Assembly: GCA_022825505.1 (NCBI GenBank)
Contig: JAJDWR010000030.1
Coordinates: 39,169 to 103,168, forward strand
Direction of reading: 5' to 3'
Source: Gammaproteobacteria bacterium
GTDB taxonomy: Bacteria; Pseudomonadota; Gammaproteobacteria; Steroidobacterales; Rariloculaceae
DNA length: 64,000 bases
A program made the translations under genes and the position numbers. The notes beneath the pieces are model-generated. The model had not been told where the DNA came from, did no database searches, and saw nothing but the letters and a program-made list of their open reading frames with translations. Shown here in pieces: positions 37,043-47,109 of the stretch (position 1 is the first letter of the stretch; every line of letters begins with the position of its first letter).

Positions 37043-38107
37043 ATGAAGAGATTAGTCAGGGTCTGTCATTTGGCTGTAGCGCTTTGCGCGATGTATCCGC
37101 TCTTGGGTACTGCGCAGGTTCCGGAAGGACGAATATTGTTGGAGGACTTCCCGTTTGAGGAAGGATTCGTCGCGACGGGCATCAAGGTCATCGAGCGTAC
37201 CTGGCTGGTCAGCGGGGGAAACGCCGCGCCCATGCGCTGGCCCGGCCTGGGTCAGATGTCCTGGGGTCCCGAATCCCATGTGCCGGTGGAGTACTTTCTG
37301 CCGCTCCGCAATCAAAAGCCCGTTTCGGTCGTGATGGTTCCCGGCCCCGCCATGACGTCAGAGTTGTTTACCGCTACGCCCGATGGCCGCGATGGCTGGG
37401 CGCAACAGTTTTCGCGTGCGGGTTTCCCGGTATACGTACTGAATCCCGGTGGCGAGATCAGGCCCTTTACGCTGCCAAGGACAATCGAAGAGGTCTGGGT
37501 TCTCTGGGGAATCGGGCCGGAACCCGGTGTCCCCTTCAGCGACAGCCAGTTTCCGATCGAACATGTGGGTGTGCTGGACAACAACTGGTTCAAGATGCCT
37601 CATCTCGCGTTCGTGGAGCACACCATACCGTTGCTGGAGGAGATCGGGCCGACCGTGTTCATTGGTCACGGTATCCGGTCCGACACCTTTTTCCGCACAC
37701 TTTGGGAGGATCATCGAAACGTGAGGGGGGGCGTAACCATCGAGCCCATGGAATGCCCGATCGGCGAGGAAGCGGACGTCACGCGGCTGTATGTCGATGC
37801 GGAAAGGGCGCTGATGACGCTCTGGGGCGACAACCGCGATCGTGGCCAGCCCTTTGCGAGCGAGCGGCTTGTGCAATGCGAGGCATTGGTCGACGCCGTC
37901 AATGCCGCCGGTGGATACGCCGAGACCGTGCTGCTTCCCGAACACAAGGGAATCCACGGGAATACAAATATGATGTTCCTGGACCGGAACAGCGAAGAAA
38001 TCGCTGAATTCGTCATGGCGTGGATCGATGAGCACGTCCAGGCCGAGGCGCCGGTAGTCGAGCAACCCGCTCGTCGCGCTGCAGAGCGTCCTCCGCAGCA
38101 GGAGTGA
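37043..38107 (+). CDS. hypothetical secreted protein (possibly alpha/beta-hydrolase-like; no canonical GxSxG seen)
   Basis: Signal peptide MKRLVRVCHLAVALCAMYPLLGTAQV. 354-aa ORF. Confidence 0.65.
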   Translation: MKRLVRVCHLAVALCAMYPLLGTAQVPEGRILLEDFPFEEGFVATGIKVIERTWLVSGGNAAPMRWPGLGQMSWGPESHVPVEYFLPLRNQKPVSVVMVPGPAMTSELFTATPDGRDGWAQQFSRAGFPVYVLNPGGEIRPFTLPRTIEEVWVLWGIGPEPGVPFSDSQFPIEHVGVLDNNWFKMPHLAFVEHTIPLLEEIGPTVFIGHGIRSDTFFRTLWEDHRNVRGGVTIEPMECPIGEEADVTRLYVDAERALMTLWGDNRDRGQPFASERLVQCEALVDAVNAAGGYAETVLLPEHKGIHGNTNMMFLDRNSEEIAEFVMAWIDEHVQAEAPVVEQPARRAAERPPQQE

Positions 38108-38136
38108 ATACCGACTGAAGATCGAGGACCATTAGC

Positions 38137-38877
38137 ATGAAAGGATTGCGTTCGACTGCATTTGCGGCCATAGCGACGTTGGGAACACTTTTCGTGCCTC
38201 CACTGATGGCCCAGACCGACGGGCCTGCCTATGTGAGGCACGTGATGACCACTGTGAAACCCGAGCGAGTGGCGGAATTCGAGAGCCTTCTCGAGGAGCG
38301 CGCGGCGACCCTGAGTGAGTCGGGTCAGCAGGGCTTCCGCAATGTTTACGAGTCGGTACAGGGCGATCTCTACACCTATCTCATTGAAGACCCCGTGCCG
38401 TCAATTGCCACGCTCGATGAGCCGCCAGCCGCGATGCCGTCCCTGGACTGGACTCGTCGAGTCCAGGAGGCCGTCACCGCTCAGAGGTCGGTCATCATCC
38501 GCGCGTACCCCGATCTTTCGATCCCAGCAGGGGCGGGGACGGAGCCGGGCCTGGTGCACTACAGACTCCGGCGCAACATACCGGCCCGGACGCAGGAGTA
38601 CTACCAGTGGCAAGCCAACGAGTTGGTGCCCGCCATGAGGGAATCCGGACGTCCCGCCTGGTTCTTCACCGGCAGAGTCATCGCAGGCGGAAGTCCCCAG
38701 AGCTGGATTTCCCTCGCCCACGTCGACAACTGGGCGTCTCTGGAGGTCAACAATTTTGCGGAAACAATGACGCCGGCGGAGCGGGGGCAGATGTTCTCGC
38801 GAGGCTCCTCGGTGCTCTCTTATTCGGAAGACTCGTTTTTTCGAATTCGGCCGGATTTGAGTTTCGCTGCAGATTGA
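38137..38877 (+). CDS. hypothetical secreted protein
   Basis: Signal peptide ending PLMAQT. Two similar halves of about 100 aa that look ferredoxin-like. Confidence 0.65.
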   Translation: MKGLRSTAFAAIATLGTLFVPPLMAQTDGPAYVRHVMTTVKPERVAEFESLLEERAATLSESGQQGFRNVYESVQGDLYTYLIEDPVPSIATLDEPPAAMPSLDWTRRVQEAVTAQRSVIIRAYPDLSIPAGAGTEPGLVHYRLRRNIPARTQEYYQWQANELVPAMRESGRPAWFFTGRVIAGGSPQSWISLAHVDNWASLEVNNFAETMTPAERGQMFSRGSSVLSYSEDSFFRIRPDLSFAAD

Positions 38878-38991
38878 GCACTGCACTCATCTCGCCTCCG
38901 GAGGAGGCAGCGAATTGGCGTCGGATGTACGGATACGTGCGATAGCTGATAGACGGATGATGAGGCGACGTCAGCCGCATCGGAGAACGCG

Positions 38992-39636
38992 CTACCGAAA
39001 CAGGCTGACAAGCATGTTGCCGACGCGGTGTGAGAACCAGCGTTGGTTCGTCATCATGTAGTCGACATAGTCAGCGGTGGCCTCGTGAAAGGCGTTGTCG
39101 GCGACGACCAGCGCACTGGGCGCCAGCAACGGTTCGACACTCTTCAGCAGCGGCAGGTACTGGCTCTTCCAGCCATCCAGGAACAGCATATCGATTCCGG
39201 GTTCCTGCGCCGGGATCGTTTCGCGGGCGTCGCCTTCCAGCAGCGTGACGACGGAGTCAAGTTCAGCCTCGCGAAGCGTCTGTCGAATTGCACGACACTT
39301 GTCGGGATGCACTTCGGTCGTGACGAGACGTGCCTCATTGTCCGCGGCAGCGGCCCCGAGAAACAGCGTGCTGACGCCGTATGAAGCGCCAAACTCGACG
39401 ATATACCTGGCTCGGGCGGCCCGCGCCAGAAGATAGAGCAGGCGCCCTTCATCCGGATTTACGGCGAGGAAGAACTCACCCATCCGAATGAGCGGGTCGT
39501 GCGCGCCGGAGCGTTGGCCGGACTGGCGCGCCCGCCGCCTCTGCCAGCGATCGCGATCGCCGCCGGCGGCTGCCTGCAGGCGTTTGAGTTCCCGTTGCCA
39601 CGACCTGTTGTCGAGATGGCTGCCCGATCGTCCCAT
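38992..39636 (-). CDS. class I SAM-dependent O-methyltransferase (family 3-like)
   Basis: SAM motif IVEFGASYGVSTLFLG, and a post-motif DMLFLDGWKSQY typical of caffeoyl-CoA-type OMTs. Confidence 0.8.
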   Translation of the reverse strand: MGRSGSHLDNRSWQRELKRLQAAAGGDRDRWQRRRARQSGQRSGAHDPLIRMGEFFLAVNPDEGRLLYLLARAARARYIVEFGASYGVSTLFLGAAAADNEARLVTTEVHPDKCRAIRQTLREAELDSVVTLLEGDARETIPAQEPGIDMLFLDGWKSQYLPLLKSVEPLLAPSALVVADNAFHEATADYVDYMMTNQRWFSHRVGNMLVSLFR

Positions 39637-39759
39637 CGGTTTCCTTCAAATATCAATTATCGTAATGCAGAGCATCAGCGACCCTAAACGCTGTTAAATC
39701 GCGTGGGTGCGCCACTATACTCGTTATTGGGTTGATCCATCGAGCGGAGGAAATCGGAC

Positions 39760-40779
39760 ATGTTGAGTCGAACACTTTCGGTTGCCGTGCTTTCCACCAT
39801 TGGGCTGTGTGCGCATGCACAGCAGGAATACTCCATTACGCACCTTGCCGGTGACGTCTACATGTTTTCCGGTGGCGGGCAGAACACCTTCATGGTCACG
39901 CCCGAGGGGGCGGTTGTGGCCGATCCCCTGAGTGCCGAAGCTGCGGGATGGCTCAAGGCCGAGATCAGGGACCGGTTCGGACTGCCTGTCACCTACGTGC
40001 TGTATTCGCACTTTCACTGGGATCACGTTTCCGGGGGAGCAGTCTACGATGATGCAATTGTCATCGCCCACGAGAATACGGCAAGGAACCTGGCGGGGCC
40101 GGCGCCGGACGAGCCGTTGAATCAAAGCCGCGACTACTACGATGGCAGGTTCGCCTACTACGATGCACAGGGAAACGACGATGGCGTGTTGCAGTTCGAT
40201 GAACTGGCGGCTCGCTATGTTGGACTGCTGGGCGATGCCGACCTCGACGGCGACGGAGTGCTCTCCTACTACGAGGTGCACCAGGGGCAGCATCGGGATG
40301 TCCGTCCCCCGGACGAGACTTTCGACTCGGAGGTCCACAGACTGGAAGTCGGCGGCAAGACCGTGGAGATGCACTACATCTACAACGGCCACAGCGATGA
40401 CATGAGCTTCATCCACTATCCCGAAGAACGTGTCCTGATGGTCGTGGACATCATTTCCTTGCGGCGTCTGCCCTGGTTCAACATGGGTTCGTACAATCCG
40501 GAAGAAGCCGAGGAGGCTGTGGAACTGGCATTCAGCCTGGCCCCGGATATCGTCGTGCCCGGTCACGGAGATGTCGGCAATACCAAGGATCTGGCCGATT
40601 TCTACTCATATTTGCAGGCGTTGAAAGCGGGAGTCGCGGCGGGCATTGCCGCCGGACATTCCGTCGACGAGATCAAGGCAAACCTGCTGCTGGATGACTA
40701 TTCCCAGTGGGGCGCGTTCCCGAATTGGCGGCCGACCAATATCGAGGGCATGTACGCCTACCTGACTCGGGATGAATAG
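39760..40779 (+). CDS. exported MBL-fold metallo-hydrolase with inserted EF-hand pair (paralogue B)
   Basis: Signal peptide ...GLCAHAQQ. SHFHWDHVSGG. EF-like loops DAQGNDDGVLQFDE (degenerate, 40162..40203) and DLDGDGVLSYYE (40240..40275). Confidence 0.88.
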   Translation: MLSRTLSVAVLSTIGLCAHAQQEYSITHLAGDVYMFSGGGQNTFMVTPEGAVVADPLSAEAAGWLKAEIRDRFGLPVTYVLYSHFHWDHVSGGAVYDDAIVIAHENTARNLAGPAPDEPLNQSRDYYDGRFAYYDAQGNDDGVLQFDELAARYVGLLGDADLDGDGVLSYYEVHQGQHRDVRPPDETFDSEVHRLEVGGKTVEMHYIYNGHSDDMSFIHYPEERVLMVVDIISLRRLPWFNMGSYNPEEAEEAVELAFSLAPDIVVPGHGDVGNTKDLADFYSYLQALKAGVAAGIAAGHSVDEIKANLLLDDYSQWGAFPNWRPTNIEGMYAYLTRDE

Positions 40780-41081
40780 AGCCACGGCGCGCTAATGAGC
40801 AGCGCGGGCGAACGCCCGCCGCTCCGAACGAGATCCATTCCGAAAACGGGACTCTTCCCCTTCGGATGCTGGTGCGGTTGCAGCAAGGCTGCCCCATAAA
40901 TTTTGGTAATGCCGTAACGCCAAAGTCTCATTTCCGCTAAAAGAACTCGGGGAATAGTATTGAAATTCCAATAGCGTCTCGGAATACGGTCGGACCTGCG
41001 CATGATTCTTCCAACATCGAGCCGAACAATTGGCTGCGCACTAGTTCCGCTTGGCCGTTTGGTCCGACGCGCCGCATAAGT

Positions 41082-41176
41082 GACTACGCGATCAAGCGTA
41101 TTGCTGGCGGTCTGTACATGTTCTCGGGTAAGGCATTGGCACGTTCATGGTCACCCCCGAATGTGCCGTCACAAAC
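41082..41176 (+). pseudogene. relic of the N-terminus of an MBL-EF paralogue (frameshifted, in-frame stop)
   Basis: DYAIKRIAGGLYMFSG (41082-41129) then, after a 1-nt frameshift and a TAA, GIGTFMVTPECAVT. Compare paralogue B: EYSITHLAGDVYMFSGGGQNTFMVTPEGAVV. Similarity stops about 13 nt before the TBDR start. Confidence 0.6.
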
Positions 41177-41188
41177 CAGGTGAGAAAA

Positions 41189-44035
41189 ATGAAAACTCGC
41201 AAGAAACAAATCGCCGTGGGATTGTCTGCGGCGATTGCTCTAATTGCTACTGCAACTGCTTCAGCTCAAGACGCTGGCGAAGGCATTCTCGAAGAGGTCG
41301 TCGTGACCGGGTCGAACGTTGCACGGCCCGCCGATAGCCCTCGACAGGTTGTCACTCTGGACCAGGCTCAGATACAAAATGAGCAGTCCCTGTCGATCTC
41401 CGAAGTGTTTCGCGACCTGAGCATCACCCAGGGTAATTTCAATGGGTCGGGAGGCGTGACCGTTGCTACAGACAACAACAACGGTTCGATCAATCTGCGC
41501 GGTCTGGGCGCCCGGGCGACCTTGACGTTGTTGAATGGGCGTCGCCACACGGTTGGCGCCATTGCCTCCGGCTCGGATGGCTTCACTACAACGGATCCGA
41601 ATGTACTGGCCCCCTCGATCATGCTGGATCGTGTCGAGGTGCTGACGGACGGCGCCTCGGCCATCTATGGATCCGATGCTGTCGCCGGTGTGGTCAACCT
41701 CATGACGAACAACGACTTTGAGGGCATCAGGGCCGAGTACAGCCAGAACATCCTTGACCGCTCCAGCGATACGGAGCAAGTGTTCAATCTGATGCTCGGC
41801 GCTCAGGGAGAGCGCACCGGAATCGTTGCGGGCGTCGAATACGTCACCCGTCCCGAATCCCTGACCGACGATCTTCTCGACTATTCGCGTGTGACGAGTG
41901 GACGGCTTCTGGGTGTCGGTCAGCCGGGCAGCCTCAGACGGGCGCCCAATCGTCGGCAGAGTGGCCCGTGGCAGCATGATCCACTCTGCGAGGACTCTTC
42001 CATCGGCGGTATTGAATCTGCCGGCGTCATTCGACCGTTTGGACCGGGAACCCGATGCTTCTTCCGGCTGACGCTGAATCGGACGCTGGTGGCCGAGACG
42101 GGCCGGCTGGTTGCGTTGACCGTTGCGAACCATGAGTTCGAAAACGGCATTCGGGCTGAATTTGAAGTTGGGGGGGCGACGTCGGAGTACTCCAACCTTC
42201 TCAACACCAGCCCGATCCTCGGGTCGCCCACCTTTATTCCGATCGACCATCCCGGTCTGACGTCCTACGTAAACGACGGACTCCTGACACCGCGGGCAGG
42301 CACGGACTACTATAGGGTCCTGATGCGAATGCGCAAACCCGACGCGCCGAACTTCAATCCCACGAACGACATCGAAAAACGGGATAATCGTTTCGCGGCA
42401 AATTTCAGCGGGGAGTTAGGCGCCGACTACGAATGGGAAGCCACCTACGCAAGATCCCGCGCCACGTACAACAGGTCCGGCGGCAACACTGTCCTGAACC
42501 GCTTGAACAACGGCCTGATGGGCTACGGCGGCGCCGGCTGCGACCTGGGCTCAGGCGGCGCGTCCGGCTACGGCCCCGATGGCCTCGCTGGAACAGCGGA
42601 TGACTCAGCGGCCGATCCCGGTTGCTCGTGGTACAACCCGCTGGGCAATCAATGGAGCGCCCAACCGGGGGACGCAACCTACAACAGCCAGGAACTGCTG
42701 AACTTCATCTGGGCCGCCCCGACGCTCGCCGGTGTTGCGGAACTCGATACCCTCGACTTTCTTGTACGCGGCAACCCGTCCGATCTGCTCGGCTTTGCGG
42801 TGGGCGTTCAAACGCGGTCTCAGGATTTCAGCCAGGATTACGACCTGATATCCAATGCCGGTGGCTTCGTATTTGCCTCGTTCCCCGTGGAAGACTATTC
42901 GGGGACCATCCAGTCCGATGCCGTTTTCGGCGAGGTGGTGTTGTTCCCGACCGACAGTCTCGAGTTCCAGCTTGCCGTGCGTTCCGAAAGCTATGAGACC
43001 GGACAGAGCTCCACCGACCCGAAGGTAGGTTTCCTTTGGAGCCCAACGGACAACTTCAGACTTCGAGGCAACTGGGGAACCTCATTCCGCATCGCGAATC
43101 CGCCACAGCAGTTTGGCGCAACAGGCGGAGCTGGCGCGACCATCGAGATCATTCCGGACGGCGGAACCAATGCCCAGGATAGTGCGGCCGGCGCCTTCAC
43201 CCGAGGTAACCCGAACGTGCAGCCCGAAGAATCGGAGAATTTTTCTTTCGGGTTCGCCCTGGACATCACCGACAGGCTGAGCGTCGGGCTGAATTACTGG
43301 TCTTTCGAGTTCGACAACATCATCTTTCGGGAGTCCCCCGATATCGTGGCGATCGAAGACATCGTCGCGGATGGCATCTTCGGCAACGACCCGCGGGTGA
43401 GAACGGTTGGGGATGCGTCGTTCGCGGTAACGCCGGGCGCGAATGCGCTGCAATGGGCCGCAGCGCCGGGAAGCGGCGGCTCGATCGACATTCTTGCCGG
43501 ATTCGACCTGACTTATTCCAATAGCGATTTCCTCCATACGTCAGGCCTGGATTTCGATGTCAACTACTTCTGGGACGCGTTCGGCGGTGAGTTCGGCGTC
43601 ACGTTCAATGGAACCCAGACGCTCTCTTACGACATCCCCGGGCTTGCGGGCACAAGCTTCGCCACCGTGGACGGTGTTGGCCAGACAAACCTGCTCAACA
43701 ACGGTGCTCCGGTTGCCGAGATGAAGGGAACGCTGCGGCTCAGCTACGCCAGCAACAACCATTTCTTCCAGTTGACCGGAAGGCACACGAGTGGGCTGCG
43801 GCAGGATGACATTACCGTTCCGACGGATGACTCGGATTTCAACACCATCGATTTGCTGTACACCTATGACTTCGAGACTCTGTTGGGCACGGGTCCGTTC
43901 AGCGCCTCGCTCGGTGTAATCAATGCGCTGGATCAAGATCCTCCCGTTGACGGGGATGAGTTGTCCACGGTACAGACCCGGCTCTATGATCCTCGTGGAC
44001 GCGTCCTCCGCTTTACGCTGAGCAAGACGTTCTAG
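41189..44035 (+). CDS. TonB-dependent receptor (TBDR1)
   Basis: Signal peptide ...ATASAQD. TonB-box/plug EEVVVTGSNVARPADSP...INLRGLG...LLNGRR...VEVLTDGASAIYGSDAVAGVVN. Long barrel ending LSKTF. ATG at 41189; the longer ORF from 41147 is the relic read-through. Confidence 0.93.
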   Translation: MKTRKKQIAVGLSAAIALIATATASAQDAGEGILEEVVVTGSNVARPADSPRQVVTLDQAQIQNEQSLSISEVFRDLSITQGNFNGSGGVTVATDNNNGSINLRGLGARATLTLLNGRRHTVGAIASGSDGFTTTDPNVLAPSIMLDRVEVLTDGASAIYGSDAVAGVVNLMTNNDFEGIRAEYSQNILDRSSDTEQVFNLMLGAQGERTGIVAGVEYVTRPESLTDDLLDYSRVTSGRLLGVGQPGSLRRAPNRRQSGPWQHDPLCEDSSIGGIESAGVIRPFGPGTRCFFRLTLNRTLVAETGRLVALTVANHEFENGIRAEFEVGGATSEYSNLLNTSPILGSPTFIPIDHPGLTSYVNDGLLTPRAGTDYYRVLMRMRKPDAPNFNPTNDIEKRDNRFAANFSGELGADYEWEATYARSRATYNRSGGNTVLNRLNNGLMGYGGAGCDLGSGGASGYGPDGLAGTADDSAADPGCSWYNPLGNQWSAQPGDATYNSQELLNFIWAAPTLAGVAELDTLDFLVRGNPSDLLGFAVGVQTRSQDFSQDYDLISNAGGFVFASFPVEDYSGTIQSDAVFGEVVLFPTDSLEFQLAVRSESYETGQSSTDPKVGFLWSPTDNFRLRGNWGTSFRIANPPQQFGATGGAGATIEIIPDGGTNAQDSAAGAFTRGNPNVQPEESENFSFGFALDITDRLSVGLNYWSFEFDNIIFRESPDIVAIEDIVADGIFGNDPRVRTVGDASFAVTPGANALQWAAAPGSGGSIDILAGFDLTYSNSDFLHTSGLDFDVNYFWDAFGGEFGVTFNGTQTLSYDIPGLAGTSFATVDGVGQTNLLNNGAPVAEMKGTLRLSYASNNHFFQLTGRHTSGLRQDDITVPTDDSDFNTIDLLYTYDFETLLGTGPFSASLGVINALDQDPPVDGDELSTVQTRLYDPRGRVLRFTLSKTF

Positions 44036-44142
44036 GGGACAACGCACATCAGCCCTGGCTCGCACGTCCGTTAGCGCTCGCTTGGGCCTCGAGAAGGGGA
44101 GCCTCCTCCCTTGCGGGTATCGGGGGAGGCCGTAAGGAAAAA

Positions 44143-44172
44143 CAGTCCCCGGCCGCAGGGGTCCGGGGACTG
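44143..44172. terminator. bidirectional hairpin between the convergent TBDR genes
   Basis: CAGTCCCCGG (44143-44152) pairs perfectly with CCGGGGACTG (44163-44172), 10-nt loop. A second GC-rich imperfect hairpin lies at 44101-44130. Confidence 0.6.
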
Positions 44173-44198
44173 CTCAAGTGGATGCTTTCGGATTCGAT

Positions 44199-46958
44199 CT
44201 ACTGCCCGAAACTCATCGTGGCGCCGATGCGAAACATTCGTCCGCGGGCATCGTATATCTGGCCTACGTACGACGAAATATTGTCACCGTCGATGGGGGC
44301 TTCCTCATCGGCGATATTGACGATGCCGGCGTTGAGATCCAGCGCATTCCCGGCCAGTTCGGTCGAGTACCGGTACATGAGATCGAAAATGTTGTAGTCG
44401 AATACGGTTGAGTCCGGCAGTTCGGACAGCACGTCCTGGTCGAGTGCGCTCGTGTGGCGGGCGGTAATCTGGGCGAAGTGGTTGCCGCGCGCCCAGCTAA
44501 AGCGCAGCGATGCCTTGGTTGCCGCCGTCGGTTCGCCGTTGTTGGTGTGGTTCAGCCAGCCGACGCCATCGACGATCCCGCCGACCCCCGGTATCTCATA
44601 CGATAGCGTCTGGGTGGCGTCCAAACGCAGCCCGAAGTTGTTTGCTCCGCTCTCGAAGCGGTAATCGACGCCGATGTCCACTCCATCGGTATTCAGGAAG
44701 GCGTCATTGAAGTACGAAATTTCGAAGCCGATAATTTCGTTCGTTGTCAGGTCGCCGCAGGACGTATAGGTACCCGACCCGGGCGCCGTCTCCCGAACGC
44801 AGGGGTTCGTCACTGTGGGGGAAAGCTTGATGCGCGGGTCGCTGATGATGCCATCGGCCGCGTCGGCCCGGATGATGATGTTTGGGCTTTCCTGGACGAT
44901 GATGTTGGTGAAGTCGATCGACCAGTAATTCAGGTCCAGCGTCAGACTGTCGGTCACGTCCCATGTCAGGCCCAACGTCAGGGTGTCCGCTTCTTCGGGT
45001 TCGAGATCGGGACTTCCCTTGATCAACGTGCCGGCCACGGGATCCTCGCCGTCAATTTCGAAGCTGATGCCGCCGGCCATGCCGATGCCGAAAAACTGCG
45101 TAGGGTTGGCGACGCGGAATGACGTACCCGCCGTTGCGCGGACGAACAGATTGTCGGTCGGAGTCCAGAGTAATCCGAATTTCGGGTCGGTTGAACCCTG
45201 GCCGTTTTCGTATTCCTCGTTACGCGCTGCAAACTGAACCTCCAGGTCGTCGGTCGGGAAAAACACGGCTTCGGCAAACAGGGCGTCGCTTCCAATGTCC
45301 CCGCTGTAATCGAGTTGGGCTTCGTCCCTGAAGACATAACCGCCGGCTTCGGTGATCGGGTCGAAGTCGATACCGAAATCCTGATCCCGGGACTGCGCGC
45401 CGACCGCAACGCCGAGCCATTCGGCCGGATTTCCCGTCACCAGGAATTCAAGCGTGCGAAGCGCAGCGTTGCCTTCGGCTTGCTGGATCACGTAGATGAA
45501 GTCCTTGATCTCCAGGCTGTTGTGGCGTGGGTCGCCCGGCGATGCCGTGTAGTTATTGGCGAGCGGGTTGAACCACATGCAGTTGGTGTCGATGGATCCG
45601 TCGTCTGCAGTTCCGGGAATCGCGTCTCTTCCGTAACCTGAGGCGCCGCCGCTCGATGGGTTGCAGGCCGAACCGCCGTAGCCGAGGAGCGCATCGTCCA
45701 CGCGATCGTGAATGTAGTCGCGGTTCTTCAGGAGCATCCTGTTCTTGGAAATCGTGCCGGTCGCCTGCCAGTTCCACGTGTCGTTGATTGCGCCGTTCAG
45801 GCTTGAGGCCAGCCGCCAATGATTGGAATTCTGCGTCTCCCGCGCATCGAACTCGTCCTCCGGCTTGCGAATCCGGAACCAGACGCGGTGGGGTCTGTCG
45901 GCGAGGTTTCCGTTCGCGATCTCGTAGGCCAGTCCGGGATGACCCGTTTGCAGGACGGGGCGGGTGGGGTCGTTGACGGGAACCGAGTTCAGGATTCTCG
46001 ACGTATCGATGGTGCTGAATCCCAGTTCCAACTGCCCGTTGATGCCGCCGCCGAAATCGTGCGTCGCCACGGCCAGGCCCGTCGCTCTTTTGGCCTCGGA
46101 TACGATGGATCGATCCAGGGACAAACGATATCCGCAACCGCCGATGGTCGAGCTGAGATCCACGCCTCCGATTTCCGGGCCGCCAACGCTGGGGTCCTCG
46201 CAAAGCGGGTCGGGAATCCGTCTCGCCATCCCGCCGGCGCCCGGTTGCAGGCTCGGGGGATTGCTGAAGGGCAGCGCCCGGATCTTCTGGATCCGGTCCA
46301 GGTCGAATATGTCCTGCGACAGGACTTCGGGCCGGTCCGTGTAGTCCAGCCCGAACACGACGCCGGACCGTTCGTTCTGCGCGCCGACCAACAATCCCAG
46401 TGTCGAGTTGACCGCACCCGCGCGATCCACCTGGCTGCTGCTGTAGTCGATCTCCACGCCTTCGAAGTCGTTCCGCGTGATGAGGTTGACGACCCCGGCC
46501 ACTGCGTCGGAGCCGTACAGCGCCGAGGCGCCGTCCGTCAGCACCTCGACCCTGTCAATCATGATGGACGGAGTGAGCGAGTTGATATCCACCCAGGCGG
46601 ACTGTTGACTTCCGTCAATGGTCTGACGGCGGCCGTTCAACAGCGTGAGCGTCGCACGCGGTCCAAGCCCGCGCAGATTGACCGCAGCCGCCGGTGAAGT
46701 CTGATTCTCGCCAAAGGCATTCATGCCGTTGAAGTTGCCCTGGGTCACGTTCAGGTCGCGGAATATCTCACCGACAGTGAGCCGTTGCTCGTTGCCGATC
46801 GATACGGAATCCAGGATGGTGACGGGTTGCGGCCGATCCGCCGGGCGGGCGACGTAGGAACCCGTAACCACGACCTCCTCGAGGCCGTCGTCCTGTCCGA
46901 ATGCGGGTAGGGCCAGACTCACCGCAAGAATGACAGTCCAGGTAGTTCCCGATTTCAT
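44199..46958 (-). CDS. TonB-dependent receptor (TBDR2), paralogue of TBDR1
   Basis: Signal peptide ...LPAFGQDD. EEVVVTGSYVARPADRPQPVTILD...VNLRGLG...LLNGRR...VEVLTDGASALYGSDAVAGVVN. Shares internal blocks with TBDR1 (GYGGSACNPSSGGASGYGRD vs GYGGAGCDLGSGGASGYGPD). Confidence 0.93.
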   Translation of the reverse strand: MKSGTTWTVILAVSLALPAFGQDDGLEEVVVTGSYVARPADRPQPVTILDSVSIGNEQRLTVGEIFRDLNVTQGNFNGMNAFGENQTSPAAAVNLRGLGPRATLTLLNGRRQTIDGSQQSAWVDINSLTPSIMIDRVEVLTDGASALYGSDAVAGVVNLITRNDFEGVEIDYSSSQVDRAGAVNSTLGLLVGAQNERSGVVFGLDYTDRPEVLSQDIFDLDRIQKIRALPFSNPPSLQPGAGGMARRIPDPLCEDPSVGGPEIGGVDLSSTIGGCGYRLSLDRSIVSEAKRATGLAVATHDFGGGINGQLELGFSTIDTSRILNSVPVNDPTRPVLQTGHPGLAYEIANGNLADRPHRVWFRIRKPEDEFDARETQNSNHWRLASSLNGAINDTWNWQATGTISKNRMLLKNRDYIHDRVDDALLGYGGSACNPSSGGASGYGRDAIPGTADDGSIDTNCMWFNPLANNYTASPGDPRHNSLEIKDFIYVIQQAEGNAALRTLEFLVTGNPAEWLGVAVGAQSRDQDFGIDFDPITEAGGYVFRDEAQLDYSGDIGSDALFAEAVFFPTDDLEVQFAARNEEYENGQGSTDPKFGLLWTPTDNLFVRATAGTSFRVANPTQFFGIGMAGGISFEIDGEDPVAGTLIKGSPDLEPEEADTLTLGLTWDVTDSLTLDLNYWSIDFTNIIVQESPNIIIRADAADGIISDPRIKLSPTVTNPCVRETAPGSGTYTSCGDLTTNEIIGFEISYFNDAFLNTDGVDIGVDYRFESGANNFGLRLDATQTLSYEIPGVGGIVDGVGWLNHTNNGEPTAATKASLRFSWARGNHFAQITARHTSALDQDVLSELPDSTVFDYNIFDLMYRYSTELAGNALDLNAGIVNIADEEAPIDGDNISSYVGQIYDARGRMFRIGATMSFGQ

Positions 46959-47109
46959 GCTTTTACTCCCCTCAGAAGATAGTCGTTGTGTTCAAACTAC
47001 GATCCGAACAGCATTTGCAGTGCTGCATCATCAGAATGTTGTTGTAGATGCAACAGCTTCCAAAGCGTAGTCTAGGCACGCTGTATGCACAGCGCAATTC
47101 CAAAAAATT

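Noticed and set aside
40804-40819. GCGGGCG-AA-CGCCCGC hairpin after MBL-EF B as an intrinsic terminator
   Set aside because: The 2-nt loop is sterically poor and there is no following T-tract. It is at best a weak structure.
41147-41188. N-terminal extension of TBDR1 (MVTPECAVTNQVRK)
   Set aside because: This segment is the tail of the MBL relic. The TBDR signal peptide starts at the ATG at 41189 (MKTRKKQIAVGLSAAIALIATATASA).
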